A stretch of 63,754 bases of DNA, the filler included, from Blastocystis sp. subtype 4 (Eukaryota): assembly GCF_000743755.1 (NCBI RefSeq). It is 3 parts of 3 records of this genome, joined end to end, with 100 filler letters (N's around TTAATTAATTAA, not from the genome) between each part and the next. Parts side by side here need not be neighbours in the genome. Positions count along the whole stretch, not along the records: positions 44,146 to 63,754 come from NW_014569340.1; 2 more parts are not named here. One strand, given 5' to 3'. The notes under the pieces were generated by a model. The model searched no databases. It was given only the letters and a program-made list of their open reading frames with translations, and had not been told where the DNA came from. Below, piece by piece: positions 48,798 through 62,542 of the stretch (position 1 is the stretch's first letter; each line of letters starts with the position of its first letter). The position numbers were made by a program, and so were the translations under genes.

Positions 48798-51700
48798 ATG
48801 TTGGGAGCGATACAGAGAAGAGGAATTAATGGACGATTATGCAATAGGGTGTATGCGCTAACGCGCCAATTCTCAATCCTTGAAAACAAGCTGGCTTTCA
48901 TCGATACCCTTGGAGAGGAAGTGGATAGAAATGGTTTGCTTCTTCCTCCTGTGGGATCACTTGTGAGTTATTCTACTCAGCGTCAATATCGAGTTGGTGT
49001 CTATTGTGGAAAGAAGAATATCGATGGGTTACAGAAACTACAAATTCGGAACGAACATGACTGTATTCATGATGTATTTGCGTTTGTCTCCTTTTATGTA
49101 GATTGGTATTGGTTCTCTTAATAGTTTGCTTTCTCTCCCACTGGCTCTTCCGTCTTCGTTTTCTGCTGCTGACATTGAGTCGATCGAAAACGATATTAAT
49201 ACATTGTACAGATCATCAAAGTTACCAATGGAACGTATTTATAACAAGTTTTGTGGATATGCCCGGTTCAATGTCCAACAAGTTCTCCCGTATGTTCCAG
49301 CAAAGTGGAAATCACAGTATTCTGATATTGTTCTAATTGGTGTCGTTGATAGAGTGCCTCTTAGGTTTTTGGTTGATGACTAGTTCCTCCGGAACAACTG
49401 TCAGTATGTAGAAAAGATGAAAAATGATTGGACGAAGTACAACGAGTATCGATGTCAGCCAAAGCAATTCTTAAGTTTGCTAAAATCGAACTATGCTCTT
49501 GCAATGGAAGTTAACTCGATATTTCAGAATCGATATGGTATTGATTCAAAGGAGTGTGATTCTTTTGTTAACGATTTTCGTGCTGTTGTTAATGGATGAC
49601 TGACTGATTTGTAGTTGAACAAAGAGAATCCAGAAGAAATCCAACAGTTTATATCTTCTCATCGTCGCCTTGTGAACGCATTGATCATCCTTGCAAATGT
49701 ATTTTCTCCTTCTGAAGAAAATGTAACGGATTTTGCTCTAATTCGAGATCATGTGCTTCTCCCATTGTATGGCCAAAAGGAGGATTCTTCTTCTCATTAT
49801 ACTCTTCAATCACGGGAAATGGTTCAATTCAAAGTAATGTTTATAATTATTGAATCATAATTAGTGTGGTGATGTGTTGCGCGAATTGAAACTTCTCAAA
49901 CCATATTATCCACCACAGTTCCTTATTGATAGTAAATGTGGCTATACAGATTTCACACCGTCATGTCTCACTTCAGCAAAGCGGATTCTTGATACATTCT
50001 TTTATAAGGAGGTGGGGAAAGAAGATGAAGCATGGGATCTGATCGATGATTATGCTGATAGTCGAAGCGAGTTCTCACAATTAGCTGTTGCTATAGACAG
50101 CATCTCTGTGATTACAAATTGTTCTTCTCATGAAATAGACATCAGAAGTTGATGACAGTATCTCTGTGATCAATGATCATACAGTTGCTGTTCATATAGC
50201 TGATCCAACATCATTCATTCCACTCAATTCTGAACTTGATTATAATGCTTCTTTGCGTTCAGTTACGTATTACTATCCTAATCGAGGTATTGCTGTGTCT
50301 CTCTCTTCAGTATAGTATATCCACTATATCCATGGGACATTGCTACTGCTTGTTCTCTGAGTACAACTCAATTTGCTGATGTTCGTCCTGATAGTCGGTA
50401 TTCTCATCAGTCACTTCAATCGTCGGAGGGAGCTCCTACGACTCCTCGTCCTCGTGCTCTGACACTAATTATCTCCTTTCAAGAAGATGGTTCTATCAAT
50501 GATTTCTCTGTTCGATGTACAACTCTTCAAAGACCTATTCGACTCACATATGAAGAAGTTGAACAACTATTGAAGATCAAAGAGAACCATCCTTCTCGTT
50601 CGTTCCACTGTTCCTCCTCTCCATCGTTTGATCTTCCATTTCAACCTCTTCTCAATCCTCAGCGTTCAGCAGAGAGTGTAATAACTCGACAGACCTCTCC
50701 TTCAAATGCAACACTCATCGGGTTTCAACAACCTTCCACTCCTTTTATCGATTCCAATTCTGTGATTCATCGAGTCTCTTCATGTTGTTCCCAGGAAGAT
50801 CTACTTCATACTCTTCACTCTCTCCAGCGTCTGGCTCACATCCGAAGACGATATCGTGAACAACGAGGGTGTATCGATTTCTCCTTTTCTGAAGCTCGAT
50901 TCCATATCGTAGAGTCTTCCGTTGAAGGAACTATTGAGAGTAATTCGTGTAGCATGGAAGTATTTCTCCTTCATTCGAGTAATTGCTAGTCTGAACAGCT
51001 TGTAATGGAGATGATGGTTGCTGCAGGAGAAGTAATCGGGCTCTTGGGTAAAGACAATGTATGTTCAGGTATCTACTGTTATCATAGAATATCCCGTTCC
51101 CATATCGTTCTCATCCATACAATGTTCTTCTTCCAGCAGATCAGATGAGTCAACGACATATCCACAATTTATCCTATTTTTGATACCTTCACTTCACTAT
51201 TTAGTGCACCAATCACGTATCCTCTGCTGATGCATAGCTGGGAACAACTCATTCGTTGCCTGCCATCAAGAATCACGACTACTGCGGAACCTCATAGTGG
51301 TTTGGGAATTGAAGCCTATGTCCAAGTGACATCGCCTCTACGTCGTTACAACGATTGTCTTGTTCACCGCCAGTTGAAAGCATTTGCTCATCATCAACCA
51401 CTTCCTTATAATGAAGAGGTTATGCAGATGGTTGGAACAAGATGTTTCTCATTGGAGAAAGCCTCTACCAAATTCGAAGATAGCTGGAATCGATACATCA
51501 TTCTGCAGAAAATGAAAGAGGTATTGAAAGAACGGGGAAAGTTGGAACTGTATGGAACTGTCCTCGATGTTACGTTGAGAGGGTATTTGTGAATTGATGG
51601 ATGAATGGTAGAATGAACTCGGTGATCTGTGGGATTGTTCTGAATGATCTGGGTATCCGGTTTAATGTGTCTTCTGCATCTATCCCACAGAAAGGAGAGA

Positions 51701-51810
51701 ATGTGAAAGTGTCGATTGAAGATGTCCTTGTTGATAATCTACGTATCAAAGCTAGTTTGACAGAAAAGTGGTATACAGATGATTACCATGATTATTCAAG
51801 AGTCCTTTAG
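48798..51810 (+). CDS. RNase II/RNB exoribonuclease, Dss1-like, probable organelle-targeted (spliced)
   Basis: AIDSIS|TSEVDDSISV, VAVHIADP, LVMEMMVAAGE, PYRSH, HSGLGIEAYVQVTSPLRRYNDCLVHRQL. Confidence 0.88.
51158..51197 (+). other. Probable U12-type AT-AC intron, 40 nt
   Basis: ATATCCAC...TACCTTCAC TTCAC. The only junction I found that removes an in-frame TGA and rejoins the MHSWEQL frame. Confidence 0.6.
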
Positions 51811-51923
51811 AGAGAAAACTGTTTGTTACGATCATCTGTATAGTGGTTCTATGATAGCTAAGTAATTGTATTATCTCAAATAGAGTCTATCTTTGTAGTA
51901 AAAGAAGTGAATCTATATTTATC

Positions 51924-54900
51924 ATGTCCTCTACAGATACTATAATGAATATTGTTCTCGTATCCTGTGAGTTTGGTGTGTCTCATTGGTAGTCAGAGAG
52001 TGACTATGCAACTGTAAAAGATATGTCCCCGCCAATTATTGAATACAATTTCAGGTTTGGCTGGGTGTTAGGGTTGTGATTGTGTAGTTGGGACGATACT
52101 GGGATGAAACTGGCAGATCTTTGGACAGCATTTGAGATTGCTTTCTGTGAAAAGAAAGCAGCTGTAGGATTGTTGGTTGGATACTTGAACAACTAGATGT
52201 GTCAAGATGAACTATATTTATTTATCGATCTATTCGTCGAGGTCTATCAGTACTGGAAACCAACAGAATGTGCTGAGGATACGTTCTACAATACAGAAAC
52301 AAGAAATGTTATTGGAGAGTACAAGCATTGCATTGCAAACGAGGCTCTACAATCTTTAGGTCATCCATTCCGCTTCATTCGTGGTCTAATCACAGTAATC
52401 GTTATTAGTAATAATAAATAATAGTGGCTGAAATGTATGATGAGTGAGAATAAGGAAATTCGAGATGTTCATAAGATTGAGAATACTCTAGAGATTTTGA
52501 CGCGATCTCCCCATAATCGGTTTTTCCTCATGTTTGGATTTATAAATAGTGTTCTTCTTCGATATAATCATTTTGAAGAGATTCTTCTCAAATGGTTGGG
52601 AGAGTGTTCAAAGACCATTACTGCTATTGCTACAGGTGAGGCCATAAGTCTCGAGGATGCTTATCTTTCTCTCTGTAACATCATGCATATCATATATAAC
52701 TTCATGCCTACACTGGAGACTTGTTCTTGGTTCACATTGAAAGGGGCTTTCTCTGAACAAGCCTCGAACTTGCTTTCCAATATTAATCATATTTTTGGCT
52801 CCTTAGTTTGGTATGTATGGAATGGGAGTTTCATTCATAGTATGTCATTGGCTGGTCATGAAGAATGTGTGATTGATTACAGTTGGGAAATGACAGTAAT
52901 TACATGCAAGCTGAAGGAACTCATTGCTAATCATAGTATGCCAAAGAAATGGGTTGTGTTGCTCCATCAATATATCCTGATTACTGCCAACAACATTCCG
53001 TTTCTTCAGTCTTCTACACGTGCTGATCGTGTGCTTCGTTTGTTAACTCAAACTTGTGAGGGTGCTGGACAATGGCTCTTTGGAAAGATGCCTGCAACTG
53101 CTTTAGAAGAAGAAGAACTTATGACGCTAAACGTGGATATGATGATATTGTTGCTGAATGTTTGCAATGGAAGTGATGCTATTCGTATTGAAGCATATCA
53201 TTGTGGTTGTTATGTGCTTGTCAATACTATATCCTTGATTATGAGGAATGATAGATTTCTTAATCACACGTCTTAGTGTATCTGATGCGGATAGCTTTGC
53301 AGCACGGAGAAGTGTCTATTGTTGGATCCACTACGAATTCATTGATCACTATCGAAGTACCCCGTTCCTATCAGATGCTTGAAGATGGTGTAGCCAAACT
53401 GACACCAGAACTCTTCCGTCAAAAGTCGACAGTTACTACTCCTCATTGGAATCTATCAGAGGAAGCTCATAAGTTGCATCTTGAGGGTATAGCCGAGAGT
53501 TCATTGGATGTATTGACTCGATTCATGATTCGGAATATAATCTCCTGGGATGTATCATCTTCATTCTGTCTTCATTTGTAGGGACCAATTCGTGTGGTCA
53601 ATAAGGAATTCTTTGAGCAGTTCCTTCAAACATTCCAGAACATTGAAGTGTTTGATCCGTCAGCAAGGTTTGTCCTTCATTTGTCTTTCATTCAAAGACT
53701 TGTTGCTCAGTTCATTCTCTTGGAAGTACTTCGTACAATCTGTCGTGAAGAACCATCGTTATATCGCTTCTGTATGGATAAACATTTGATTAGTACTCTT
53801 CTCTCTGCCAAGTTCTTGATCCCACTCGATAGTACTCATTTCACTTGTAGTACTGATGATTCTATGGAGAGATGTGTGAATGAAAAAGCAAGTGACTTAG
53901 ATCGGGTTTGTATCTTTGGTAATAATTGAACATTGAAATGAAAGTTAGTCCGTGAAGCAATCCTTGATTTGATCTTTGATCTGTTACGTCATTCAGAAGA
54001 GAGTACTTATTTGTATGAGCTTTCAACGCTTCTTCAAGCAATGGCAGCTGATTCATTTGATGAGCTCTTCATTATAAGCGTTGTTCTTCATTCATTCTCT
54101 CATATTTAGGTGTGTAACCGTCTTCAAACCCTCGTAGTGAATCATCCTGATACTATCAAAGCGGTGTCTCTTCCTCAATACCTTCTTTATCTTCTTTTTG
54201 CTCGAAACCGGGATTCTCCTCTCAACTGGCCATCAAAATATGCTATGCTTCAGCTCCTCGATATGATCTTCAATTCATCTCAAGTCGCTATAAATTATAT
54301 CGTTGCTTCAGATCTCAGACTCAATGGATCAGTTCTGAATACTGTTGAATATTACTTCAGTCTTGTGGATAGTTCACATACTCACGCTCTGGGAATTGCT
54401 CTCATTCTTCTTCTTGTCCGAACAGCTACGTCGACACCATCACTTGCATCAGCTTTCGGTCAGATCATGAACATTTTCATAAAGTATATGTTAGCTTGAC
54501 TAATCACTTCTAGTCTGGGAACCTCTCTTTCACGTGTCCATCAATCGGTGTTCACTGAAATGAGTACCAGACTTACTCACAGTCTCTTCAATATTATTGA
54601 CTATATCTTACTGGAAACATGCCATTCAGAACCTGAAGTGACACGTTCTCGTCAAAATATGTTGTGTAAGACAAATATATCCTATTTTGGTATATCCAAA
54701 AGAAGTTCCTTTATTTGCACTTTGTAATTCATTGTTTCTCTATTGTGGCTACCACAGAACCCAAGTACGTCTGTGTTGATGACTTCAATGTAGTGAATAT
54801 TCCTTCTCGGTTGTTCGTCACATGCTGTTCACAGTGTATCTGATGCTTCACAACAACCCTGAGTACTATGAAGAGTTCCGTCACACAGTTCAGGATGATC

Positions 54901-57900
54901 AGTTTATGGTAATGATCATAGCAGAGAATAAGGAGTAGAGTGTGTTGAGTACAGAGAAGCAGGAATGCCAAGAATGGTTGTTAATGGCACTCGTGAACAT
55001 TCTGACGGATAGAATGTTGCTAGATGAATGGTGTTTGATTGATTCTGATCAGCAGAGAAAGACATTTATTCTGTCAGAGCTTAGAAAGGAGTCAAATACG
55101 GTTCTTTCTACTAGTTTCCAGGATATTCTTAAACAGGAGGAAGTGATGGATTCAATTCAAATCAAACGACCAGATTTCCTAAGTATTCTTCTGTTCTTTA
55201 CCTTGCATTCGAATCCCTCATTACAACGAGACTGCTTGTTATTCCTTCATGGACTATTGATGAGTCATATGAAGCAAGTGAATCTGATTGCTGTAACTTC
55301 ACCTTCTCTCTCTCTTGTTGATCATCTTCTCACTGATTTAGAGAATTATGCACCTGAAAATGTGGATCTTGTCTTGTCTATTATTGAATGTGTTGCTAAG
55401 CACAATATGACTGTCCAGCAGTTGAAGAAGATCTTCCGTCTCCTCCACACCCAAGGAGATCATCGTGCCAAGTATGCTGACTCCATTTTACGGATGTTGA
55501 ATGCTCTCTATCGGGCTACAGATCGAAGTCGACCTGACCATAGTTATCTCCTCATTCCACCTGCATCTGGAATCCGACTCATGTCGCAAGTGAATGGGAA
55601 CAAGATCCCAGGAATTCCTCGCTTCCCTGCAGGAGGGTACGCATTATCGATGTGGTTCAATGTTCGTTCTCTGGCCGCAGACTGGATCATGAAGGGAGGT
55701 AGGTCTTTAGTGATGTCACGATCAATAGAATTCTCAGTACCTCATCTCTTATCGGTGATCGATTCTCGTTCTAGTCTGTTCCTTGTTATTCAGAATGCAT
55801 CCATGGTCGTAAAGTACTATCAAGATGGAAAGGAAGTGGCTGTTTGTGATACGAATCTTCCAGTCTCAGAGAACCGCTGGTATCATCTTGTTCTTTCTCA
55901 TATCTTCAATCGTGTGGATCGTTCTCGTTCTACTCTCTCTCTTGCTTTGGATGGAATGTGTAATTTTGAATGTTCCTATCCTTATCCTGTATTTGAGAAT
56001 AATCCTCAAGTGTTCATAGGAACACGTGGTGTGGATCTTCCTTATACTAATTTGCCTACTGCTTATACTGAGTTAGCAGGAGAGATTGGTACAGTGTATC
56101 TGTTCAACAAACCATTGAATAAGGAGCAGGTTTATGGAATGTATCTTCTTGGATCGAATTACATGTATAACTTTGAGAATATTGAAATTGAACATCGTAC
56201 TGTGTTTGAGCAAGATTTGGTAACAGAAAAGGATCGTATTACTGTGAGAATGTTATGTGATGGTTCACTCACTTCATCGTTACTTGTCAATCTCTCTGCA
56301 TGTGTTCAAGATAAGGATAAGAAGGCTGTCTTGGATAATACACCTCCTCGTTATCGTATGATGAAGTGGGGACCTGTTAGCAAGGATAACAAGGATGGAT
56401 TGGCTGTAGCTGTCAATGGTGAATTGTGTACAGGTACATATGTCTGCTCAACCAAGCAGATTCCCGCGGTATTAGATTCTCTTGGAGGTATTGCTCTCTT
56501 CCTACCGTTGTTAACACAGTTGGATTTGATGGTATCAGGAGTGGAAGATGGAAATTATACCATGGATCCAGAGTTCACAGAAGGTCTGTACTCTTTGTTA
56601 AGTGCTGCTATGATGACTTCAAGTTCGCAGCAGTATATTCAAGAACATAGCGTCTTTGAAATTATAGCATACTTGTTACAGCGAGCTACTCCTGTTCATC
56701 TTACTGTTTCCTTCTTGGATCGTATCATAGCACTATTGGAATCTCCGAAATTGTCAAAGGATCTTCATAATCAGTTGTTCAAAACATTCTTCCAGAATAG
56801 TGCTTTGTGGGTATATTGCCCTGCAGATCTTCAAATTCGTGTGTATGATTATATTCGAGAAGCATTCGTTACAAAGGAGAATGAAGAGATTGTTACATGT
56901 ATTCGAAGTTATGGAATCAAAGGATTCACAGACACAATTCGTTATTACTATAATGAATTGGAGATTGAGATTAGTGAAGAATTGAATGAAGAGAGAGGTT
57001 ACTTGAAACAGTGGTTGGTACTAAATGGAGAGTTTGTTCATCCTCTTTCAGGAGAGGTTGTAGCAACATGTCTTCCAGCAGATGAGTGTAAGCATGTCCG
57101 AAGTAGTATATTCAATATTCTAAATGAGTTGATTCAAGGTAGAAGATTGAGATAATGAATGAGAAATAGATGATACTCTGTTGACGAATGAGGCATTGTT
57201 CAATCTAGTGAATACCATCCTCAGCTGTAGTCGTAATAACAATACCACACTTATGATCGAATTCCTTCAACTTCTGGATCGTATCCTTCAGACTGATGCT
57301 CGTTGTCAGAAGTTTATCTCACTCCTGACCGTCTTCAGTCATGTTTCACTGGATCTCACTGGATTCGAAACACCTGAAATACCTTCTCAGACATCCGTAA
57401 TGCAGGGTTCAGCATTGATGGAGGAACAGAAACCTTCAGAACTGATAACAGAGACTCCTTCCCGTTAGAATGTCTTATTTCATTCACTTCTAGTCAAAGC
57501 TGGTATCCTTCCCTTCTTCCTAGCCCTGCTACAGTTAAAACAACCGACTGTCACCACCATCACACTCACTACTCTTGTTCGTCTCATCGTCTTATGTGAT
57601 CATATGCCTGCATTGTGGTCTGAGCTGGGAGTGAGTCGACAAAACTCTCATGTGATATTGGATTATGTGGCTTCCCAATGTACCCCAGAATTGATAAGTG
57701 AGGATCTCATCAAAGATTTGTTCTCTAAAATCACTGGAACCCAACAAATTGAAGAAAATGGTCGAAATTGTGTCATGGCATTATTCCTAGACAATCTTGC
57801 CATTCAATCAGGGACGTTATTACCTCTGTTCCTTCAGTTGCTTCCTCTGTTGAACCAAGATATCATTCTTCACTATTACTCTCTTTTCATAGGTTTATTC

Positions 57901-60900
57901 ACAAGTACAGAAATTGGCTCTTTTTTACGTAGATATTAATTCAGCCAGTAATCTGATGCAATTGAGAAGAGTCCCTTGTTGGTGTGTCTATGTGTTTGTT
58001 GTGCTGGAACGTGTTCGAGGAACAGAGAAGGATGTGAGTGAGCAACTGTGGGGTCAGTTGCAAGGATTACTGTTAGTAGAGGTGTTGAGTCCTCTGGAGA
58101 ATAGTATGTATGTGACAGCAACAGATGTTGGGAATGAAGATGAGAATCGTCTTCTTGTTTATGAGGTGTTTAGAGCTATTCGAGACTATGATCAGAATGT
58201 ACCCAAAACCAGAGTATATGAGAAGGGTTTGTTGGCTGATTTCTTCGTCTCGGTATGTAATCGATTGTTTGTTATTCTTGGAATGCCTGGAGATAAGGTT
58301 AATTTGATAAATTGAATTGAGATATAGTCTTCTATTGTTCATAAGATTGCTGTGTATATTCGAGTATTCAGTGATATTCTCATTTCATGGATCCAGTATC
58401 CAGAGGATGAAGATGGTAGGTCTCACGAGGGAGTTTGATTGTAGAATTGGAAGTAGATCGTAATCATTACTATTGGCAACTCATCACTCCTCTTCATACT
58501 GTGATAACCTCAATATTGGAGACAGTTTCACAGCAGGCACTTCCTGTTCAGACAAGTCTCTTGGATCTAACGAAGGAGTATGTGACTCTGGACCTGTCAA
58601 TTCTGTTAACCCATTTCGCTCGTTACAATGTTATCATTAACGATCATTGTGCAGGTATGGAGGATGCGACTCCTCTCTCAACACCGACCGAGAATCCAAC
58701 TGTTGATTCTCTGTTGGGTCATGCTACAGCACCATCCCCATTGGATGATCTGTTGGGTGGCGTAGCTCCTACCACAATTCCATTCAATGGTATGCCGATG
58801 GCTCCGTCAACCACTCCTACATCCGAAGGTGTGTTGGATGTATCTCCACTATTGGAAGAGAAGTATCATCCTTTGTATTCTGAAGCCATTCAGATTGCAA
58901 AGCAGATTAAGCTGGTTGTTCAGAGTCTAATGTTCCCTCATAAGAATCTTGCTTATCTTTCTCGTCTCAATGATTGTGTGCGAACAATTCAGACGGAAGT
59001 AAGAATGATTGATCGAAATAATCCCAGAGTTCGTTGAATATGGCTGACAATTTGAAGGCAACGATAACAGAGATCTGTAGTGAAATACTGAAAGATATTG
59101 AGACTCGAGCTCGCGAGATTCTCAAAGAATTGGATGAAAACAAGCCCAAATTGAAGTGGATAATGACTGGCAAACAGAAACAGCAGTCAGCAAGAAATGA
59201 AGAATTGAGTAGAGAACGTATGTGAGAACAAAGCGAATGATTGATAGTGAATGAGTTGTTACTTCTACCATCTAGCAATTGGGCTGAGAAGAATGTGCAC
59301 TTGGTAAAAGCATTGTCTCTTCTTGTAGAGAATGATGGTTCTTCATTCCTTCTGGATCTACCAGCTTTACGAGTTCGTGTTGAAGAGGCCTTCAATCAGT
59401 CTCCTCATTATATCATTCTCAATGATCATGTGCGAGCAGTGATCGAGGCTGCGATTGGTTATGTGTTGAAGCAGGAGAGAAACTATGAAACAGAGTGTTT
59501 GCGAAGTGGTTCTCATAAGTACTGGAGACATCATCAGATCATTATCAAGCAGTGGGGTGAGATTGTCGAGTCACTTGTTCATGAAAGAGGTTCATGGGGT
59601 GAACTTCAAGATGTGGAGGGGTATGAATTGAAATCGAGTATTATATATAGGATTCTTACATTGATCCCCTGTTGTAATGCATTGGATATGCATAAGATTT
59701 TGATTGCTGATCCTAAGGGAACAACTCATCCGGAAGCCTCTGTATGGAAGAATGAGGAAGGTACGGAAGAGGAACCTGAACCAGAAATGAAGCTCCGTTT
59801 ATCATCACTGATGCGCAGTTCTGTGGACGATGAGTTGGATGAGAAGCAGCGAAAGGAATTGGAGCAAGAACTTCAAATCACTGGAGTTCCAAAGAAGGTG
59901 CTTCGTACCTGGGAATGTGAGTTGGTGATTCCGATGCTGGCAGTGAGAGGTCAATTGGAACTCACAGCATCCACACTTTCGTTCACAATGAATCCTGATT
60001 TTGAAGCTCAATTCAAAGAACAAGTGGCTAAGCAAGATGCTCAACGTGCCGTGAAGAAGATGGAAGGAGTGAACAAGTATACAATGTTGAAGCTGCCTGA
60101 GAATCGTATCTGGAAGCTCACCGAACTAACTCATGAAGAATACCGTCTCTATTCAGTAGGTCTGATGGAATGATGTAAGAACTAGTTCCGAGATGTTGCT
60201 GTTGAGCTGTTCTTCCAGGATGGAACTTCTTCATTCTTCTCTTTCAAGTCCTCATTCAGTCGGAATGAGTTCCACACAACACTCCGTCAACAGAAGACCC
60301 CCAATCTCACGGAGTTCCTGGGTGCTACTGCAGCAGAACGATATATGAAGGATGACTGCACACGTCGCTGGCTCCATCGAGAGATATCAAGCTTTGAGTA
60401 TCTGATGCGATTGAATCGACTGGCAGGTCGTACATATAATGATCTCTCCCAATACTATGTTTTCCCGTGGGTAATTGCAGACTATACAAGTGAGACAATT
60501 GATCTGCGCAATCCAAAGATTTACCGTGATTTCCGCTATCCTATGGGAGCACAATTGGATTATCGTCGTGAGGCCTTATTGGTGAGTGATAAAGAATATG
60601 ATAAGGAATAGGAGAAGTTTAAGGTGATGAAGGAGAACTTCCGAACTCGGTCAACAGATATTGATGATCCCATCGGTATTTTGTGTCCTCCCCCGCGGTT
60701 CTTCTCTACTCATTATAGTAACAGTGCAAGTGTCTTGTGGTATCTGATTCGTTTGGAGCCATATACCAGTCTTCATATCTTCTTGCAGGATGGTAAGTTT
60801 GACCGTCCAGATCGTCAATTCTGGAGTCTTCCTAACACTTACAATGGTTGTACTACGAATGATGGAGATGTGAAAGAGTTGATCCCAGAGTTCTTCTATT

Positions 60901-62513
60901 TGCCAGAAATCCTAAAGAATTCCAACAAGTAAGTATTGAGAAGGGATATGAGAACTAGGATCAATTTGGGTGTACGTCAAGATGCTGTGAGTCCTATTGA
61001 AGATGTATTGCTTCCACCATGGGCAAAGACTCCTGAAGAGTTTGTAAGAATCAATCGTGATGCTCTTGAGAGTGAATATGTAAGTCAGCACTTGGGTGAG
61101 TGGATTGATCTTGTGTTTGGATGTAAGCAACAAGGAATTGAGGCTGAAGCTGCTTATAATATCTTCTCTCATGTCTCGTACTATAAGAAGTTGGATATGG
61201 AACAGTTGCTTCGAGTGGATCGTGCTCGATTTGATGAAGCTACTTCAATGGTTGAGAACTTTGGTCAAACACCTCTTCAACTCTTCAGTACGCCTCATAA
61301 GGAACGTCGTCCTCTCATTCCTCAACCGCCACTTCCCTTGTTCTCCTATCGAGATTGGTTGACATCGTTTGGAAACCAGCATCTTGGAGCTGGAACCTGC
61401 GTTGGTGAGAATGCATTCAAAACCCAGAGTCTTGGTGTGTACAAAACGAATATCCACTTGTCCTCTCCGGTAATGGCTTTGCAATCTTCTCATGCTGCCA
61501 ATGCTGTGTTAGCTCTCGGTTTGAACCGTGCATTAGCAGTGAATCCGGTGAGGAATGGAGGTTTGTCTCCATTTGATATAGTCGCAGATTCCAGACTGAA
61601 GAACAATGCCTGTTCAATTATTGGTGAACCATTCAGTCCGCAGTTGACATTGGATCAAGGATCGCTTGCTGGTGATCAGTTGGTGGCAATGATGCACAAT
61701 CGGCCATATGTGTGTTTAGCTGGTAGTTGGGACAATGCTTTGAAGATTGTGAATGTGACAACAGGAGCTGTAGTATTGAGTGTAGCGAGTGGTCAAGACG
61801 TTGTGACTTGTGTATGCGTATCTGCTGATGATTCCCTTGTGATCACAGGATCGTTTGATAATTCTGTGGTTGTGTACCATCTGGATTACGCTTCTGGTAG
61901 TCCTCGTTTGGTAGATAGGAAAGTGTTGTTTGGACATGACGGTGCTGTGACTTGTGTAGCTGTGAATAAGGAGATGGGACTATTGTGTTCTGGTAGTCAG
62001 GATGGTACCTTGATTCTGTATTCTCTTGCCAATTTGCAGTATTTAAGAACGATCTATGATGCTGAATATGATAAGAAGTTTTCTTCGATTCCCGCGGTGA
62101 GTTGGTGTGATATTACGAATGAAGGTAATTTGATTTGGTATTCTCAATTGGACTTCAAGTTCCATTTGTATTCGTTACTAGGAGAGAAGTTGTTTGAGAA
62201 AGAGATGAACAGTCAGTTGAATACAATATGTTTGAGCAATGATCGTGAATATGTGTTGGCTGCAGGAGATAAGATCACATTCTTCTTGATGCGATTGGTA
62301 GACTTTACTGTGGTTGCTGGTGTGACTGAAGAGCATTATGGAGGTGAAGGTCGTCCTGCTTCGTTCCTTCAGGTAAGTGTAGTGAATAGAGATAATGATT
62401 AGACACCGAACCTTCATCTGAGTGTACGTACTCTTCGTGTATCTCCCGAAGAACATTTCGTCTACTTGGGTCTGGAGAATGGTGATGTATACGTTGTTGC
62501 AGCTAAGACTTAA
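51924..62513 (+). CDS. BEACH-domain protein (neurobeachin/LvsA-like: ConA-like, PH, BEACH, WD40), many introns
   Basis: RWYHLVLSH; RRWLHREISSFEYLMRLNRLAGRTYNDLSQYYVFPWV; THYS; DVKELIPEFFY; LPPWA; WIDLVFG; FGQTPLQLF; GHDGAVTCV. Confidence 0.92.
53229..53269 (+). other. U12-type AT-AC intron, 41 nt
   Basis: ATATCCTTG 5' site, TTTCTTAAT branch, CAC 3' end. Removal joins ...VNT|VLVYLMR, linking ORFs 52437 and 53276. Confidence 0.88.
54677..54720 (+). other. U12-type AT-AC intron, 44 nt
   Basis: ATATCCTA 5' site, TTCCTTTAT branch, CAC 3' end. Removal avoids a TAA and keeps frame through to ORF 54942. Confidence 0.82.
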
Positions 62514-62542
62514 GACTATAATGTGTTTCTTACAAACATTCA

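Noticed and set aside
51960..51992. First BEACH intron starting GTATCCTG as U12-type
   Set aside because: It is 33 nt long with no TCCTT-like branch; more likely an ordinary GT-AG intron.
57993..58273. TGTTTGTT at 57993 and 58266 as gene ends
   Set aside because: Both lie inside a continuing BEACH exon. They show the motif alone is not sufficient, although premature polyadenylation cannot be excluded.
62178..62542. Hsp70 C-terminal extension overlapping BEACH antisense
   Set aside because: Explained by a poly(A)-generated stop at 62543; the extension is the reverse complement of BEACH WD40 exons.
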